Shown here: one piece after another, positions 22,528 through 34,384 of the stretch
Layout: each line of letters begins with the position of its first letter
Numbering within the stretch: position 1 is the stretch's first letter
NCBI RefSeq assembly: GCF_004010195.1
Contig: NC_057749.1
Location: 25,662,531-25,701,930, forward strand
Length of the DNA stretch: 39,400 bases
Source of the DNA: Chiloscyllium plagiosum
Lineage: Eukaryota
Direction: 5' to 3'
Notes under the pieces: generated by a model
Seen by the model: the letters and a program-made list of their open reading frames with translations, nothing else
What the model was told of the DNA's origin: nothing
Databases searched by the model: none
Position numbers and translations under genes: made by a program

Positions 22528-23622
22528 GATGTACATGTATTGGGAAAGGCATGGACTGATTAGGAATAGTCAACATGGCTTTGTGCTTGGGAAATCATAT
22601 CTCACAAACTTGATTTGAGTTTTTTGAAGAAGTAACAAAGAGGATTGATGGGAGCAGAGTGTGGACGTAGACTTCAGTAAGGTATTTGACAAGGCTCCCC
22701 GTGGGAGACTGGTTGCCAAAGTTAGATCTCATGGAACACAGGGAGAACTAGCCATTTGGATACAGAACTGGTTCAAAGGTAGAAGACAGAGGGTGGTGGT
22801 GGAGGGTTGTTTTTCAGACTGGAGGCCTGAGACCAGTGGAAAGCCACATGGATTAGTGCTGGGCCCTCTACTTTTCATCATTTATAGAAATGATTTGGTT
22901 GTGAGCATAAGAGATATAGTTTGTAAGTTTGCAGATGACACCAAAATTGGAGGTTGAAGGTAGAGTTACAGGTAGATAGGATAGTGAAGAAGGTGTTTGG
23001 CATGCTTTCCTTTATTCGATAGAGTATTGAGTACAGGAGTTGGGAGGTCATGTTGTGGCTGTACAGGACATTGATTAGGCCATGTTTGGAATATTGCGTG
23101 CAATTCTGGTCTCCTTCCTATCGGAAAGATGTTGTGAAACTTGAAAGGATTCAGTAAAGATTTACAGGGATGTTGCCAGGGTTGGAGGATTTAAGTTATA
23201 GGAGAGGTTGAATAGGCTGGGGCTATTTTCCCTCGAGCGTTGGAGACTGAGAGGACACCTTATACAGGTTTATAAAATTATGAGGGGCATGAATAGGGTA
23301 AATAGATAAAGTATTTTCCCTAGGGTGGGGGAGTCCAGAATTAGAGGGCATAGGTTTAGGGTGAGAGGGGAAAGATATAAAAGAAACCTAAGGGTCAACG
23401 TTTTCATGCAGAGGGTGGTATGTGTATAAAATGACCTGCCAGAGGAAGTGGTGGATGCTAGTACAATTGCAACATTTAAAAGGCACGTGGATGGGCATAT
23501 GAATAGGAAGTATTTGGAGGATATGGGCCAGGTGCTGGGAGGTGGGACTAGGTTAGGTTGGGATATCTATTGGCATGGACGAGTTGGACTGAAGGGTCTG
23601 TTTCCATGCTGTACATCTCTAT
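22528..23622 (+). mobile_element. CR1 LINE RT/3' fragment, internally deleted
   Basis: DFSKVFDK...WIQNW...VLGPLLFIIY...KFADDTKIGG; 3' tail ccatgctgtacatctctatg. Confidence 0.9.
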
Positions 23623-23938
23623 GGCTGCACGGTCAGCTAAGTGGTTAGCACAGCTGCCTCACAGCACCAGGGACCCAGGTTTGATTCCAATCTTGGGCGA
23701 CTGCTTGTGTGGTGTTTGCACATTTTCCTTGTGTCTGTGTGGGTTTCCTCCGGGTGCTCTGGTTTCCTCACACGGTCCAAAGATGTGCAGGTTAGGTGAA
23801 TTGGCCAAGCTGAATTGCCCACAGTGTTCAGGGGTGTGTAGGTTAGGTGCATTGTTCAGAGGTAATGAGTCTGGGTGGGATACTGTTTAGAGGTTTGGTG
23901 TGGATTTGTTGGGCCGAAGTGTAGGAATTCTAACTCTA
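23623..23938 (+). mobile_element. HE1-type SINE, near full length
   Basis: ggctgcacggtcagctaagtggttagcacagctgcctcacagcaccagggacccaggtttgattcc...ccaaagatgtgcaggttagg. Confidence 0.9.
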
Positions 23939-24689
23939 CGATGCAGTCAGGTGGACAATTGCAACACAGTAGCCAAATTGCCAAATCATCTATGTGGCAG
24001 GCTACTTTACATTTAATTAGGTGTAATAAAGTTGAATTTAGACAGAGGTCTTGTAGTTTAAGGTCCTCTAGTGGTTAACGACCACAGCATAGTGGAATTT
24101 CACATTCAGTTTGAGGGAGATCAATACTGGTCTGAAACCCCTGTTCTTAACTTAAGATCAATTCCTGAGTATTCAATCAAAAACTGAGGCATACAAATTG
24201 TCAAAAACTATTGGTCGACTGAGGATTGGGAAATGTTTTGGGAACCAGCAGTTGGTGGCCATAAAGCTAATGAAGAGGGACAAAATTGATTATGAAAGCA
24301 AATTGACAAGAAATATAAAAACCAATAGCAGAGTATCGATACGTTTATAAAAAAGATAATAGCTAAAGTGAATGTAGGGGATGTGTAGATACTTGGAGGA
24401 TGTGACTGGGGAATTGATAACAGGGAATATGGAAATAGCCTGGCATCTGTCATTGGATGTTGCTAGAGTTCATTATCAAGAAAGAAATAGCAGGATAGTC
24501 AGAAAAGCTTAACACAAGCAAAAAGAGTCAACATGATTTTACAAAAGGAAATCATTTGTAACAAAGTTTGAGAGCTCTTTGTGCAGATAATAAACAGAAT
24601 CTATCGAGGAGAACCAGTAGATTACTGCTTTTGAATTCCTAGAAGGAATTTGATAAGGTGCCGCATAAAACATTACTGCTTGAGGTAGG

Positions 24690-24968
24690 AGAAGGGGATG
24701 GCCTATTGCTGGACAGTTAATCACAGAGATCCAGCTAATGTGCTGGCGACACAGGTTCGGATCCCAGCATAGCAGATGGTGGAATTTCAATTCAAAAGAA
24801 AAACAAATCTGGAATTAAAAGTCCAATTGTCAGGAAAAACCCATCTGATTCATTAATGTGAAGGAAACTGCCAACCTTACCTGGTCTGGCCTACATGTGA
24901 CTCCAGATCCACAGCAATGTGGTTGACTCTGGGTAATTAGGGATGGGCAATCAATGCTGGTCTAGCCA
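24690..24968 (+). mobile_element. tRNA-derived SINE sharing its 3' tail with the L2/CR1-group LINE
   Basis: B-box-like ggttcggatccc; tail aattagggatgggcaatcaatgctgg matches the LINE tail at 14762-14790. Confidence 0.7.
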
Positions 24969-25222
24969 AAACAGACCTTTTGGTCCAACCAGTCCCTGCC
25001 GAATGTAATTCCAAACTAAACTAGTCCCACCTGCCTGTTCCTGACCCATATCCCACCAAAGCTTTCCTATTCATATACCGATCCAAATGTCTCTTAAATA
25101 TTCTAATTAGGCCCAAATCTACCATTTCCCAAGAAAGTTCATTCCACATCATGAACAACTCTCTGTTATAAAAATTTGCCTTCATGTCTTTTTTAAATCT
25201 CACCTTAAAAATATGCCCCTAT
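24969..25222 (-). mobile_element. CR1 LINE 3' fragment
   Basis: Homologous to 4340-4580. Confidence 0.8.
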
Positions 25223-25964
25223 TCTGTGAATGTAAAAAAAAAGCTCATGGTATTGGGTTAATACATTAGCATCAATTGAGGATTGTTTAATACACAGAAG
25301 GCAGAGTCAGGATTAATGGATCTTTTTTAGGTTGGAAGGATGTAATTAATGGAATAACAATAATCAGTCCTTGATTATTTTCTATCTATATTAATATCTT
25401 GGAGGAGGAAACACAATGTAATTTATCCAGATGATACAAAAATGGGTGGGAGAACATATTGTAATGAGGGCATAAGAAATCTGCAAGGGGACATGCATAG
25501 ATTGAGTAAGTGGACAAAAATCTTGACAGATGGAATTTTTATTTAGCAGAGTATGAGGTCATGCACTTTGGTTGTAAGAATCAAAAGGAATCAATTGAAT
25601 GAATACAAAATGATGCAGTTTGGGGGAATGTGGGTGTTTTTGTGCAAGCAACACAAGACGTTAGCCTGCAGAGATGGCAAGCAATTAATAAGGCAAATGG
25701 AGCTTGTCCTTTGTTATGAGGAGATTGAAGTTTAAAAGTGGGGAAATTCTGTTACAATTGCGAGTGTTGGTGAGGCTGTACTTGAACAGTTTTGGTTCCT
25801 GAAATTAAAATAGGAGGAACCAGCTTTGGAGGAAGTTCAAAAGTGATTCACTAATGAAGGGAATGACTTAACAAAAAAGGTTAGACAGTTTAGGCTTTTA
25901 TTCATTCAGGCCAAAAGTGGTGTTGGGGGGAGAAGGGTGTGGTGGGAAGGAATGATGTTATTGT

Positions 25965-26066
25965 AACATGTAGGGTAATGGGTGGGTTGCGCTTCGGCGG
26001 GTCGGTGTGGACTTGTTGGGCCGAAGGGCCTGTTTCCACACTGTAAGTAATCTAATCTAATCTAAA
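25965..26066 (+). mobile_element. HE1-type SINE 3' tail with (taatc)n end
   Basis: ggtcggtgtggacttgttgggccgaagggcctgtttccacactgtaagtaatctaatctaatctaa; CpGs intact, so young. Confidence 0.8.
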
Positions 26067-26296
26067 CATATTAAAAGTTTCAGGAGGCTTAACAGCATAG
26101 ATATTAAGAAGATGTTTCTGCTGATGGGAGAGTCTCAAACTATGGAGCATAGTTACAGACTAAGTGGACATTAATTTAAAACAGAGGTATGAAGGAATTT
26201 CTTCTCTCCGAGGGCAATGTTTGTCAGGAATTCTCTGACCCAGAGAGGTATGGAGGCTAGATCACTGCAATTAGTTAAAGAAGAGTACATAGAGTA

Positions 26297-26517
26297 CAGG
26301 GCGATCCCTGTATCCATGGAATCATTTTCTGCAGTTTCAGTTACTAGTGGTTTCCCCCGGTCTGAACATATAAAAGGGAACATTTCGGAACCAGCGACCA
26401 GGAGGCTGCTGGGAAGGTACATTTCCATTTAAATGAATGGGTTCGCTCCTATGTGTGGTTTCGGCCTTCCATGGTAGGTCTGGAATGCATCCCCTGTGGA
26501 TATGGAGGGAGCTACGG
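26297..26517. mobile_element. Tigger/MER2-like MITE, 221 bp
   Basis: TA-flanked; imperfect TIRs cagggcgatccctgtatccatgg / ctgtggatatggagggagctacgg; interrupts CR1 3' sequence. Confidence 0.65.
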
Positions 26518-27014
26518 TATTGATATATTGGAGAATTGATGTTTATGAAGAAATAGTATGAAAGAGGAGTTGAAGTCTGGGACAGATGAGACATGATTGT
26601 TATTGTGTGGCTAGGCAGGCTTGAGGGAATCCTTCTTATGTTGTTATGTCTTTTGTTTAATCCAAGAAGGATACAATGCTTGGATATGTTCTTTCTACCT
26701 GCAGAAAGCAGACCCTGCTCATAAATATATCCAACTTTTAGTAAGTATAACAAGAACCTAAATGATAATCTTAGATATGATTCTGAGATTGGGTCTCGCT
26801 TGCAGAATAATCCTGATTATGCTAAGGTTTACATCAGCAATCAAATGGGTTCAGCATAAACCCTTCCCATTGTATTTCACCTAACTCCATTAACACATTT
26901 AGATTAGATTCAGTGTCTATTTATTTTTGTTGTTCGGTGTCATAAACCTGAGAAACATTGCCACTGCTGAGAATGAAGAATTAGGATGATTCCCATCTCT
27001 GTAAATCAGAACGG

Positions 27015-27595
27015 TGTGACGATGCGGTCACTTTAAGAGTGTTGCTTTGTCCTAGTTCTTTTTCGAAGAGAGGTCATGAACTAGCTTTTGTAGATGACTT
27101 AAGTAAATAGCATGGGAGGCCTTGGTTTTTATTTTAACAGCCAGAATGGGTGTGGCCAACTCTCACAAATCCAAATTTCTGAGCTTTGGTTGTTTTTCGT
27201 GAGTAAGATTAGAAACTACTCAAAAAAGTTGGAAGCTTCAGTGAATGTCTCCAGGCTGCTATTCTCTCTTTTGGTGTTGTTTCCTCCTGGACTGGAGAAC
27301 TGCATGTGAGTATCTATGTCTGATTTTTCCTTTTGCCAAGACGTATATTTATACAATGTTACTATGTTAGAACAGTTAATTAGTAATTGGTATTGTATCT
27401 ATTATTCTAAGTTTCCAATAGCATTTAGTTATTCTAAATTCCACTTTCTTCAGTTGTATTTAACTACAGTGTTTAAATAAATTGTGTTTTTCTTAACATT
27501 GAGTACCAGTCATATTGTATCTGAGACATTTTACATCTATCTTTAAAATAAGAAAAATTTAGGGTCTAGTCTACCTTCTTAAAATATTTTCAACA
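27015..27595. mobile_element. Solo LTR, same family as 19896-20547
   Basis: tgtgacgatgcggtcactttaagag... and aaaataagaaaaatttagggtcta shared; 3' end shortened, no clear TSD. Confidence 0.7.
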
Positions 27596-28176
27596 GGATC
27601 TGTGGGAAGTAGTGTCCCAGGTGCTGTCATTTTTGTTCTGTGGCGGAGTGGGTTTGGAGGGGGAAGTGTGGCGGTGGGGGATGGGGGGTCCACGATAGGG
27701 AGTGTGAAATGGGAGTCATAATTGCTCTTCGCAGACAGACTTCAGAGGCAGTTAGAGGGTCATCCAGGTCCAGAAGCAGGCTGTGGAAAAGATGACTCAA
27801 CAACATTATTTATTAAAAGCACTAAAAAAAACCTCACTGCTCTTCATACCTGTTTCTCTGCCCACATTCTCGCCATCCTTACTAACCCATCCTATTCATT
27901 TTCCAGACCAACCTGTGTTCCTCTGCCTGTTTATAATCTTTATGCCAACCAGTGCGCTTCTACCAAACCCCTTGGTTCTTGAGAGCTTCTTTACCAACTT
28001 AGTGCCAACTCATGTTCCTTACCATTTGTAATTATATCTTCCATGCCAACTCATCCAATATTCAGCATGGGCAGTTTGATCCAAGTGGAAACTAAGTAAT
28101 TATCTTAAGTGCCTATTTATTGATTCAGTACTTTAAAAGCACATTCTTTGATTGAAACCCATTAACTATATTTACA

Positions 28177-28679
28177 AATCTATGGCGTGAATTTGTATTT
28201 GCAGAATTATATTTGCAGATACATTCTATTTTGTTCAAAAAGCACCCAGTCTGCAGGCAGTCAATCCATGTAATATTTTATAAATTCCACTTAGGAAATA
28301 GAACCAGTCGGACTCAAGATTGGGATACATACAGACTCCAACCTTATGCCTTTAATACATCGCCTGAGCTGAGATGTCAACTTTCTTTTCATAAAACCTT
28401 AAGTTATCTCAAGAATATGGCTTAAAAGAAGTTCTGGGATTTACATATTAATGAACCCAAGCCTGCAACCCATTCTAAAAGCTGACAGTCTTAACAGAAT
28501 TCTAGTTTGTTCAATATATCATTGCAGTTGCATGATACTGTAATCTTTTGCTATAAATTCAGTATCTTATGAAGGAGCAGCGCTCCGAAAGCTAGTGCTT
28601 CTAAATAAACCTGTTGGACTACAACCTGGTGATGTGTGATTTTTAACTTCGTCCAACACTAGCTCCTCCACATCATCAC
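28177..28679 (+). mobile_element. Penelope-like element terminal region (same family as 18679-19188)
   Basis: Long reverse homology to 18679-19150; GGAGC-AGC-GCTCC GAAAGCTA gtg; possible TSD atttaca at 28170-76 and 28680-86. Confidence 0.8.
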
Positions 28680-28714
28680 ATTTACATCCATTAATATAAG
28701 AAGAGGCTGGGATT

Positions 28715-29082
28715 TTTTTTCACTGGATTGTAGAAGATTGAGAGGTGACCTTATAGAGGTTTATAAAACCATGAGGGAGATAGATAAAGGTGAGTGACAG
28801 ATGCCTTTTCCCCAAGGTGGGGAATTTTAAGACTAGCGGGATATTTTTAAGGTGAGAGCAGAAAAGTTTTAAAAAAGATACGAGGTGTGATTCTTTTACA
28901 GCACAAGTGGGTCGTGTGTGGAATGAATATGACATTTAAAAGACATTTAGATAAGGACATGAATAAGAAACATTGGGAGGGATATGGTCCAAGTGTAGAC
29001 AGTGTGATTAGTTCAGTTTGGGATTATGGTTGGCATGGACTGATTGGTCTGAAGGGTCTGTTTCCAGCCTCTATGATTCTAG
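28715..29082 (+). mobile_element. CR1 LINE 3' fragment
   Basis: gagaggtgaccttatagaggtttataaaa; tail ctctatgattcta. Confidence 0.85.
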
Positions 29083-29624
29083 TTCTACTCTCTTGTACTT
29101 AACACTTACAACAATCACTTATGTCCACAAGCCTTTCTAGTCATATGTCCACTTCAAATATCTTATAAACATTTGGAGATGTTAATCAAACTGGAAGCAG
29201 AAAGACACCTCATTATGATAATTATAGATTATGAAATCTGTTAAGGAGCACTAATCCTGTAATAATCTAGTTAGACAACATAGACAGCAGTGGTTCAAGG
29301 AGGAAGCTCACTGTCACCACCACCACCACAAGTAATAAAAATTATAGTAATTGCTTGATCTGAATTTTAAATAATTCCTGAGCTAGAGTGAATGTACCTC
29401 CACACTGTTCATACATTTCCTACAGTACCTCAATGACTATGTTTCAAAGGTAATCATTGGCTGTTGGGTGCTTGAAATGTACTAAAGGCATTAAAAACAT
29501 GATTGCTTTTTAGATCTTTTCTGTCACTCCCCTATTGGAATGTAAACCTCAGGTGTCCTGATGCAAAACAAAAGCAGACAAGAGAAGCAATTTCCTTTAA
29601 ATAACATCACAGACAATATTGAAC

Positions 29625-30356
29625 AGAGAGTCATAGAGTCATAGAGATGTACAGCGTTGGAACAGATCCTTCGGTCCAACCCGTCCATGCTGAACAGATA
29701 TCCCAACCCAATCTAGTCCCAGCTGCCAGCACCCGGCTCATATCCCGCTGAACCCTTCCTATTCACATACCCATTCAGATGCCTTTTAAATGTTGCAATT
29801 GTATGAACCACCACCACTTCCTCTGGCAGCCCATTCCACACATGCACCACTCTCTATGTGAAAATGTTGTCCCTTAGGTCCTTTTATATCTTTCCCCTCT
29901 CACCCTAAACCTATGCCCTCTAGTTCTGGACTCCCCACCCCGGGGAAAAGATCTTGTCTATTTACCCTATCCACGCCCTCATGATTTTATAAACCTCTAT
30001 AAGGTCACCCCTCAGCCTCCGACACTCCAGAGAAAACAGCCCCAGCCTGTTCAGCCTCTCCCCATAGCTCAAATCCTCCAACCTTGGCAACCTCCATGTA
30101 AATCTTTTCTGAACCCTTTCAAGTTTCACAACATCCTTCCGATAGGAAGGAGACCAGAACTGCACACAATATTCCAAAAGTGGCCTAACCAATGACCTGT
30201 ACAGCCGCAACATGACCTCCCAACTCCTGTACTCAGTGCTCTGACCAATGAAGGAAAACATACCAAACGCCTTCTTCACTATACTATCTACCTGCGACTC
30301 TACTTTCAAGGAGCAATGAACCTGCACTCCAAGGTCTCTTTGTTCAGCAACACTCA
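29625..30356 (-). mobile_element. CR1 LINE 3' part
   Basis: ORF 29962-30366 QRDLGVQVH...LVRPLLEYCVQFWSP...RRLRGDLIEVYKIM; tail agagtcatagagtcatagag. Confidence 0.92.
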
Positions 30357-30524
30357 CTAGGATCATGGGAAAGGAACCTCAAGACTTGTTACCCAAAGTA
30401 AGTGATTCAAAAATGATTCATTGGTTGCAAAACACATTGGGATGTCCCAATGTTGTTAAAAGGCAATTTGTCAATCTATATTACCCCTCTTTTTATTGAA
30501 CTGCAGCACAAAGAATGTCATCTT

Positions 30525-30828
30525 TGGACTTTTTCACTGGAGCAGAGGAGCTTGAGGGGTGACCATATTGAGGTTTATAAAATCATGAGTGGCATAGATA
30601 AGGTGAACAACCCTTCTCTTTAGGATGACGGAGTTCAAAACTAGGGGGCATATTTTAAAATGAGAGGAGAAAGATTTAAAAAGGGCCTGAGGGACAACGT
30701 TTTTATACAGAGAGTGGTCTGTATAACCACCAGAGAAATTAGTGGATGCAGGTACAGTTACAATGTTTAAAAGACATTTGGATAAGCACATGAATAGGAA
30801 AGGTTTGGAGGGATATGACTTTATGACT
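30525..30828 (+). mobile_element. CR1 LINE 3' fragment
   Basis: gaggggtgaccatattgaggtttataaaatcatgag. Confidence 0.8.
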
Positions 30829-31583
30829 CATCCATGTGTCTATTTATACAAAAATATGCAACATGCATGCATTTCCTTTCTTTGTTTCCAATCCCATGAT
30901 TATGTCCTCTCTGATCTATGCAGCGGTGAAATATATTGCAATGTCCTGTCTGCATTGCTCATGTCATGCATAGAGCCCTTTGGAACTAGCGATAGCTTCT
31001 TCTGGGAACCCCCACATCAGCCTCCTGTGAAGATGATACAAATGAATGAATGAAGAATGGCATAGCATAAGTAAACATTTTCCTTATCAACTTGTTCAGA
31101 GATGTTATTACACACCTCTGGAGCAGGTGGGACTTCAACCTCAACCTCATGGATCAAAGTTGAGGTCACTACCAGCAAACCTCAAGCACCCTCAAGCATA
31201 GAGTAATTGCAGTGTTTATTATTAACTTCAGGTGTTCACAAATTGGAAAAGACTTCAGAGCCTAAAATAACGCATGTTTCTCTATTATTACACTAACTCA
31301 ATAAATGATATGTAACTGTCAACCTGTCAAACAATTCCAGGAATTTCCTATACTTGATCGTTGAAGGAACCGGGGACTGGTAGAACCTGGGACTGGTTTC
31401 ACTGACAAAGAGTCAATGAGACCATAGTACAGGCAGTTATCAGATAGCATCTGTGTACAAAAGGAGGTGAATGCAGATAATAATCAGCAGATTGCAGGCC
31501 AATTTAGAACAGATATCACGCATATGACTTTACCTCAGTGACGTGGACATAATAATCTGGTTCATTCTTCCATCTAATAACTC

Positions 31584-31745
31584 TTGCCCATAGTGTTCAG
31601 GGATATGTAGCTTAGGTGCATTAGTTAGTGGTAAATGTAGAGTGGTAGGGGAATGGGTCTGGGTGGGTTACTCTTCAGAGGGTAGGTGTGGACTTGATGG
31701 GCCAAACAGCCTGTTTCCACACTGTAGGGATTCTATGATTCTATG
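31584..31745 (+). mobile_element. HE1-type SINE 3' half
   Basis: ttgcccatagtgttcaggg...ctgtttccacactgtagggattctatgattctatg. Confidence 0.85.
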
Positions 31746-31887
31746 AACTCCATTGGCTTACTTGAAAGACAACTAGAAGCAGAAGACTTCCATTCATACA
31801 ATTCCTTCCATTGGATGTTCCAAAGCACTTTACAGATAATGACATGTGACAATTATTGACTAGAGGTAACCACCCCCAACTCCCACT

Positions 31888-32116
31888 GATTTTTTTCACA
31901 CAGAGGGCAGTGCATGTATGGAATGAGCTGCCAAAGGAAGTGGTGGAGTCTGGTACAGTTACAACATTTAAAAGGCACCTGAATGGGTATATGGATAGGA
32001 AGGGTTTAGAGGGACAAGGGCAAAATTCTGGCAAATGATACTAGATTAAATTAGAATATCTGGATGAGTTGGACTGAAAGGTCTATTTCCGTGTTATACA
32101 GCTCTCTGACTCTATA
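31888..32116 (+). mobile_element. CR1 LINE 3' fragment
   Basis: FFTQRAVHVWNELPKEVVESGTVTTFKRHL. Confidence 0.85.
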
Positions 32117-32425
32117 AGTGCACTGTAATTGCTCACACAAGGGAGTAGGCAGGCCGTCAGTTGAACATCTGAAGTGGAATTTAATGATTCCTCCCAAGAT
32201 ATATTTGGTGCTGATGAGGTATTTAGTCAGGTGTTATTCAGGGACCTTGCCAACTTGCCGCCTCTATCCTTCTTACCCAGCTGGCAATTGTTGGCAAAGG
32301 GGCTAATAGCTCTTGTTGAGCAGGGCATGTGGCCTCCCAAATCCGTGTTGCCAGGAAGGATCACCACTGGCTATGCACGTGCCTGCTCAGAGTGTCATTG
32401 TGGCTGAGCTTCCCCAGATAATGTA

Positions 32426-32596
32426 CCTATCACATTTCCAACTCCCCTCCTCCAAGTCCCTCCTCCCTACCTTTTATCTTCTCCTGCTGAACACTCTCTG
32501 CTCATTCCTGAAGAAGGGCCTGTGCCCGAAACGTCGAATCTCCTGTTCCCTGGATGCTGCCTGACCTGCTGTGCTGTTCCAGCAATAAAGTTTCAA
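32426..32596 (+). mobile_element. 171-bp PLE terminal insertion with hammerhead core at 32504-32539
   Basis: attc CTGAAGA A GGGC-CTGT-GCCC GAAACGTC gaat (stem I attc/gaat); 13-bp TSD cccagataatgta at 32413-32425 and 32597-32609. Confidence 0.9.
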
Positions 32597-33117
32597 CCCA
32601 GATAATGTAGCACAAGGCATTTGGATGAGACTCCTGTCACTTTAATTAGATACCATCACCTATCTATTCTACCCTGGAGTGGGACTTGAAAGCACAATCT
32701 ACTGACTCAGAGGCAAGAGCATTACTCACTTAGTTGCCACTGAAATCAGGTGACAGATGTCCTCCCTAATGATGCCTCTTCCTTATTGCAAAACAACATT
32801 AAATTTATTATAATTATATTCGCTGTTCTGCAAATATTTTCCTGATTGTGCAATCAAGAAAACAAGGATATTGCCTGACAATGAATTCTTCGGTAGATAG
32901 GGTAGCAATAACGCACTTGCCGAAATTAAACGCAGGTCACAAATTGGAAAATTTGCTCAAGTTGGACTTAATTTTTTCTTCTCCATCAATGAATTACAGT
33001 CACTACCTCAGTGCATGTGTGGAGGCTTGGAACTGAGATTCAATGAGTGAATGATTCACATTCACATCGACCTGCCAACTATGACACCCACACAAGTAGT
33101 GGCAAGATGGTACTAAC

Positions 33118-33206
33118 CTCGCTGTGCCGTGGTGGGATTTGGGTTTGTTTTCATATGTAGCCTCCAGCATATAAATGAAAGCAATTATTCAGCAGAATAA
33201 CTTGAA
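33118..33206 (-). other. Candidate 89-nt exon of an unidentified transcript
   Basis: Acceptor gtaacaatttttgttttgtttttctcAG, donor GAG|GTTAGT, in apparently non-repetitive sequence; no product recognised. Confidence 0.3.
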
Positions 33207-33537
33207 CTGAGAAAAACAAAACAAAAATTGTTACTGCTGGAAAAAGTGACAAAAAGGATGAAGTAATGTGAAGGAAGATGTTCCTTAGGGCTCTGTGTGA
33301 GAACAATGTACTATTTTTATGAGAATGACAAGCTTGGGCAAGATATGTACTTCACAGAAGCTACAGTTCATGAACTGGTAAACCTATAAATGGTTAGCAA
33401 ATTAATTATTACATCTTCCACTTGGAAAAGTTATAAAAGTTCTGATTGACTGAAGTCTATTTAATAGCTAAACAGCCTACTGAGTGCAGGGTATTTGACA
33501 GAATTGATTTGAGTATTGTTAAAAAAGGGCATGTTTT

Positions 33538-33890
33538 GGTACAATGGCTCAGTGGTTCCACTGTTGCCTCACATCACCAGGATCCTAGGTTTGATTCCAC
33601 CCTCAGGTGACTATCTGTGTGGAGTTTGCACATTGTCCCCAACTCTGCATGCGTTCTCTCTTGATGCTCCAGTTTCCTCCCACAGTCCAAAAATGTGCAG
33701 GTTAGTTGGATTGGCCATACTGAATTGCCCATAGTGCCCAGGGATGTGCAGGCGAGGTGGATCAGCCATGGGAAATGCAGGTTTGCAGGGATAGGGTTGG
33801 GGGAGGTGGTTCTGGATGGGATACCCTTTGGAGTGCCCATGCAGACTTAATGGTCTGAATGGTCTCTTTCCGCACTGTCAGGATTCTATT
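33538..33890 (+). mobile_element. HE1-type SINE, near full length
   Basis: tggctcagtggttccactgttgcctcac...ggagtttgcacatt...ggattcta. Confidence 0.9.
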
Positions 33891-34156
33891 CTGCTTTGTT
33901 AAAGATTTTCATCTTGCACTCGTCACAATACTTGCAAGAAACACCAATAGAAGGGGGAAAGGGATGCTTCCCCAATATAGGTGTGAGGGACCAGATAACC
34001 CCCTTCTGCACTGTAACAATTATGTGATTCTGTGACTTTGGGATTTCTTGTAAGTGTCTTCATCATTGCATGACAAGAAGCTTTGACAGAATGTGAATCT
34101 TTTTGCATTAGAGAAACACTAAAGTTAAAGAGATCACTCAGCATGTTTCCTCATAG

Positions 34157-34384
34157 TGAAATAACTCCAAAGAATATAATATCCCGTCACCCAGTCACCT
34201 TTTACTTACATATGCATAGTGCTTGACACTGATTTGGTTCCTTCAGAGCCAGCTGTCAGAGTGAGCAGACCTTCTGAACACTCCTGTTTATATCTGCCAG
34301 CACAGACTCCCTGATTGGACCAGGTTAACAGCCTTAATCAGGGAACTCAGATTCTATGAGGTCCACTTTGTTACAGTCACTACA
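34157..34384 (-). mobile_element. Short solo LTR (228 bp)
   Basis: TGAAATAAC...TCACTACA with perfect 5-bp TSD catag at 34152-34156 and 34385-34389. Confidence 0.8.

Larger units (their letters stand above)
21110..26650 (+). mobile_element. Old fragmented CR1 LINE (ORF1 esterase, EN, RT, 3' end) carrying many nested insertions
   Basis: Decayed KVVILGLLPEP...LHLNQ (21180-21365), ALYLN (21580), DVESVWVRMRNSKG (22337), RT remnants 24520-24680 and 25230-25910, 3' part 26070-26650, all colinear. Confidence 0.6.

Noticed and set aside
32998..33015. actacctca (let-7 5' end in reverse)
   Set aside because: Only 9 nt match; no precursor hairpin or remaining mature sequence
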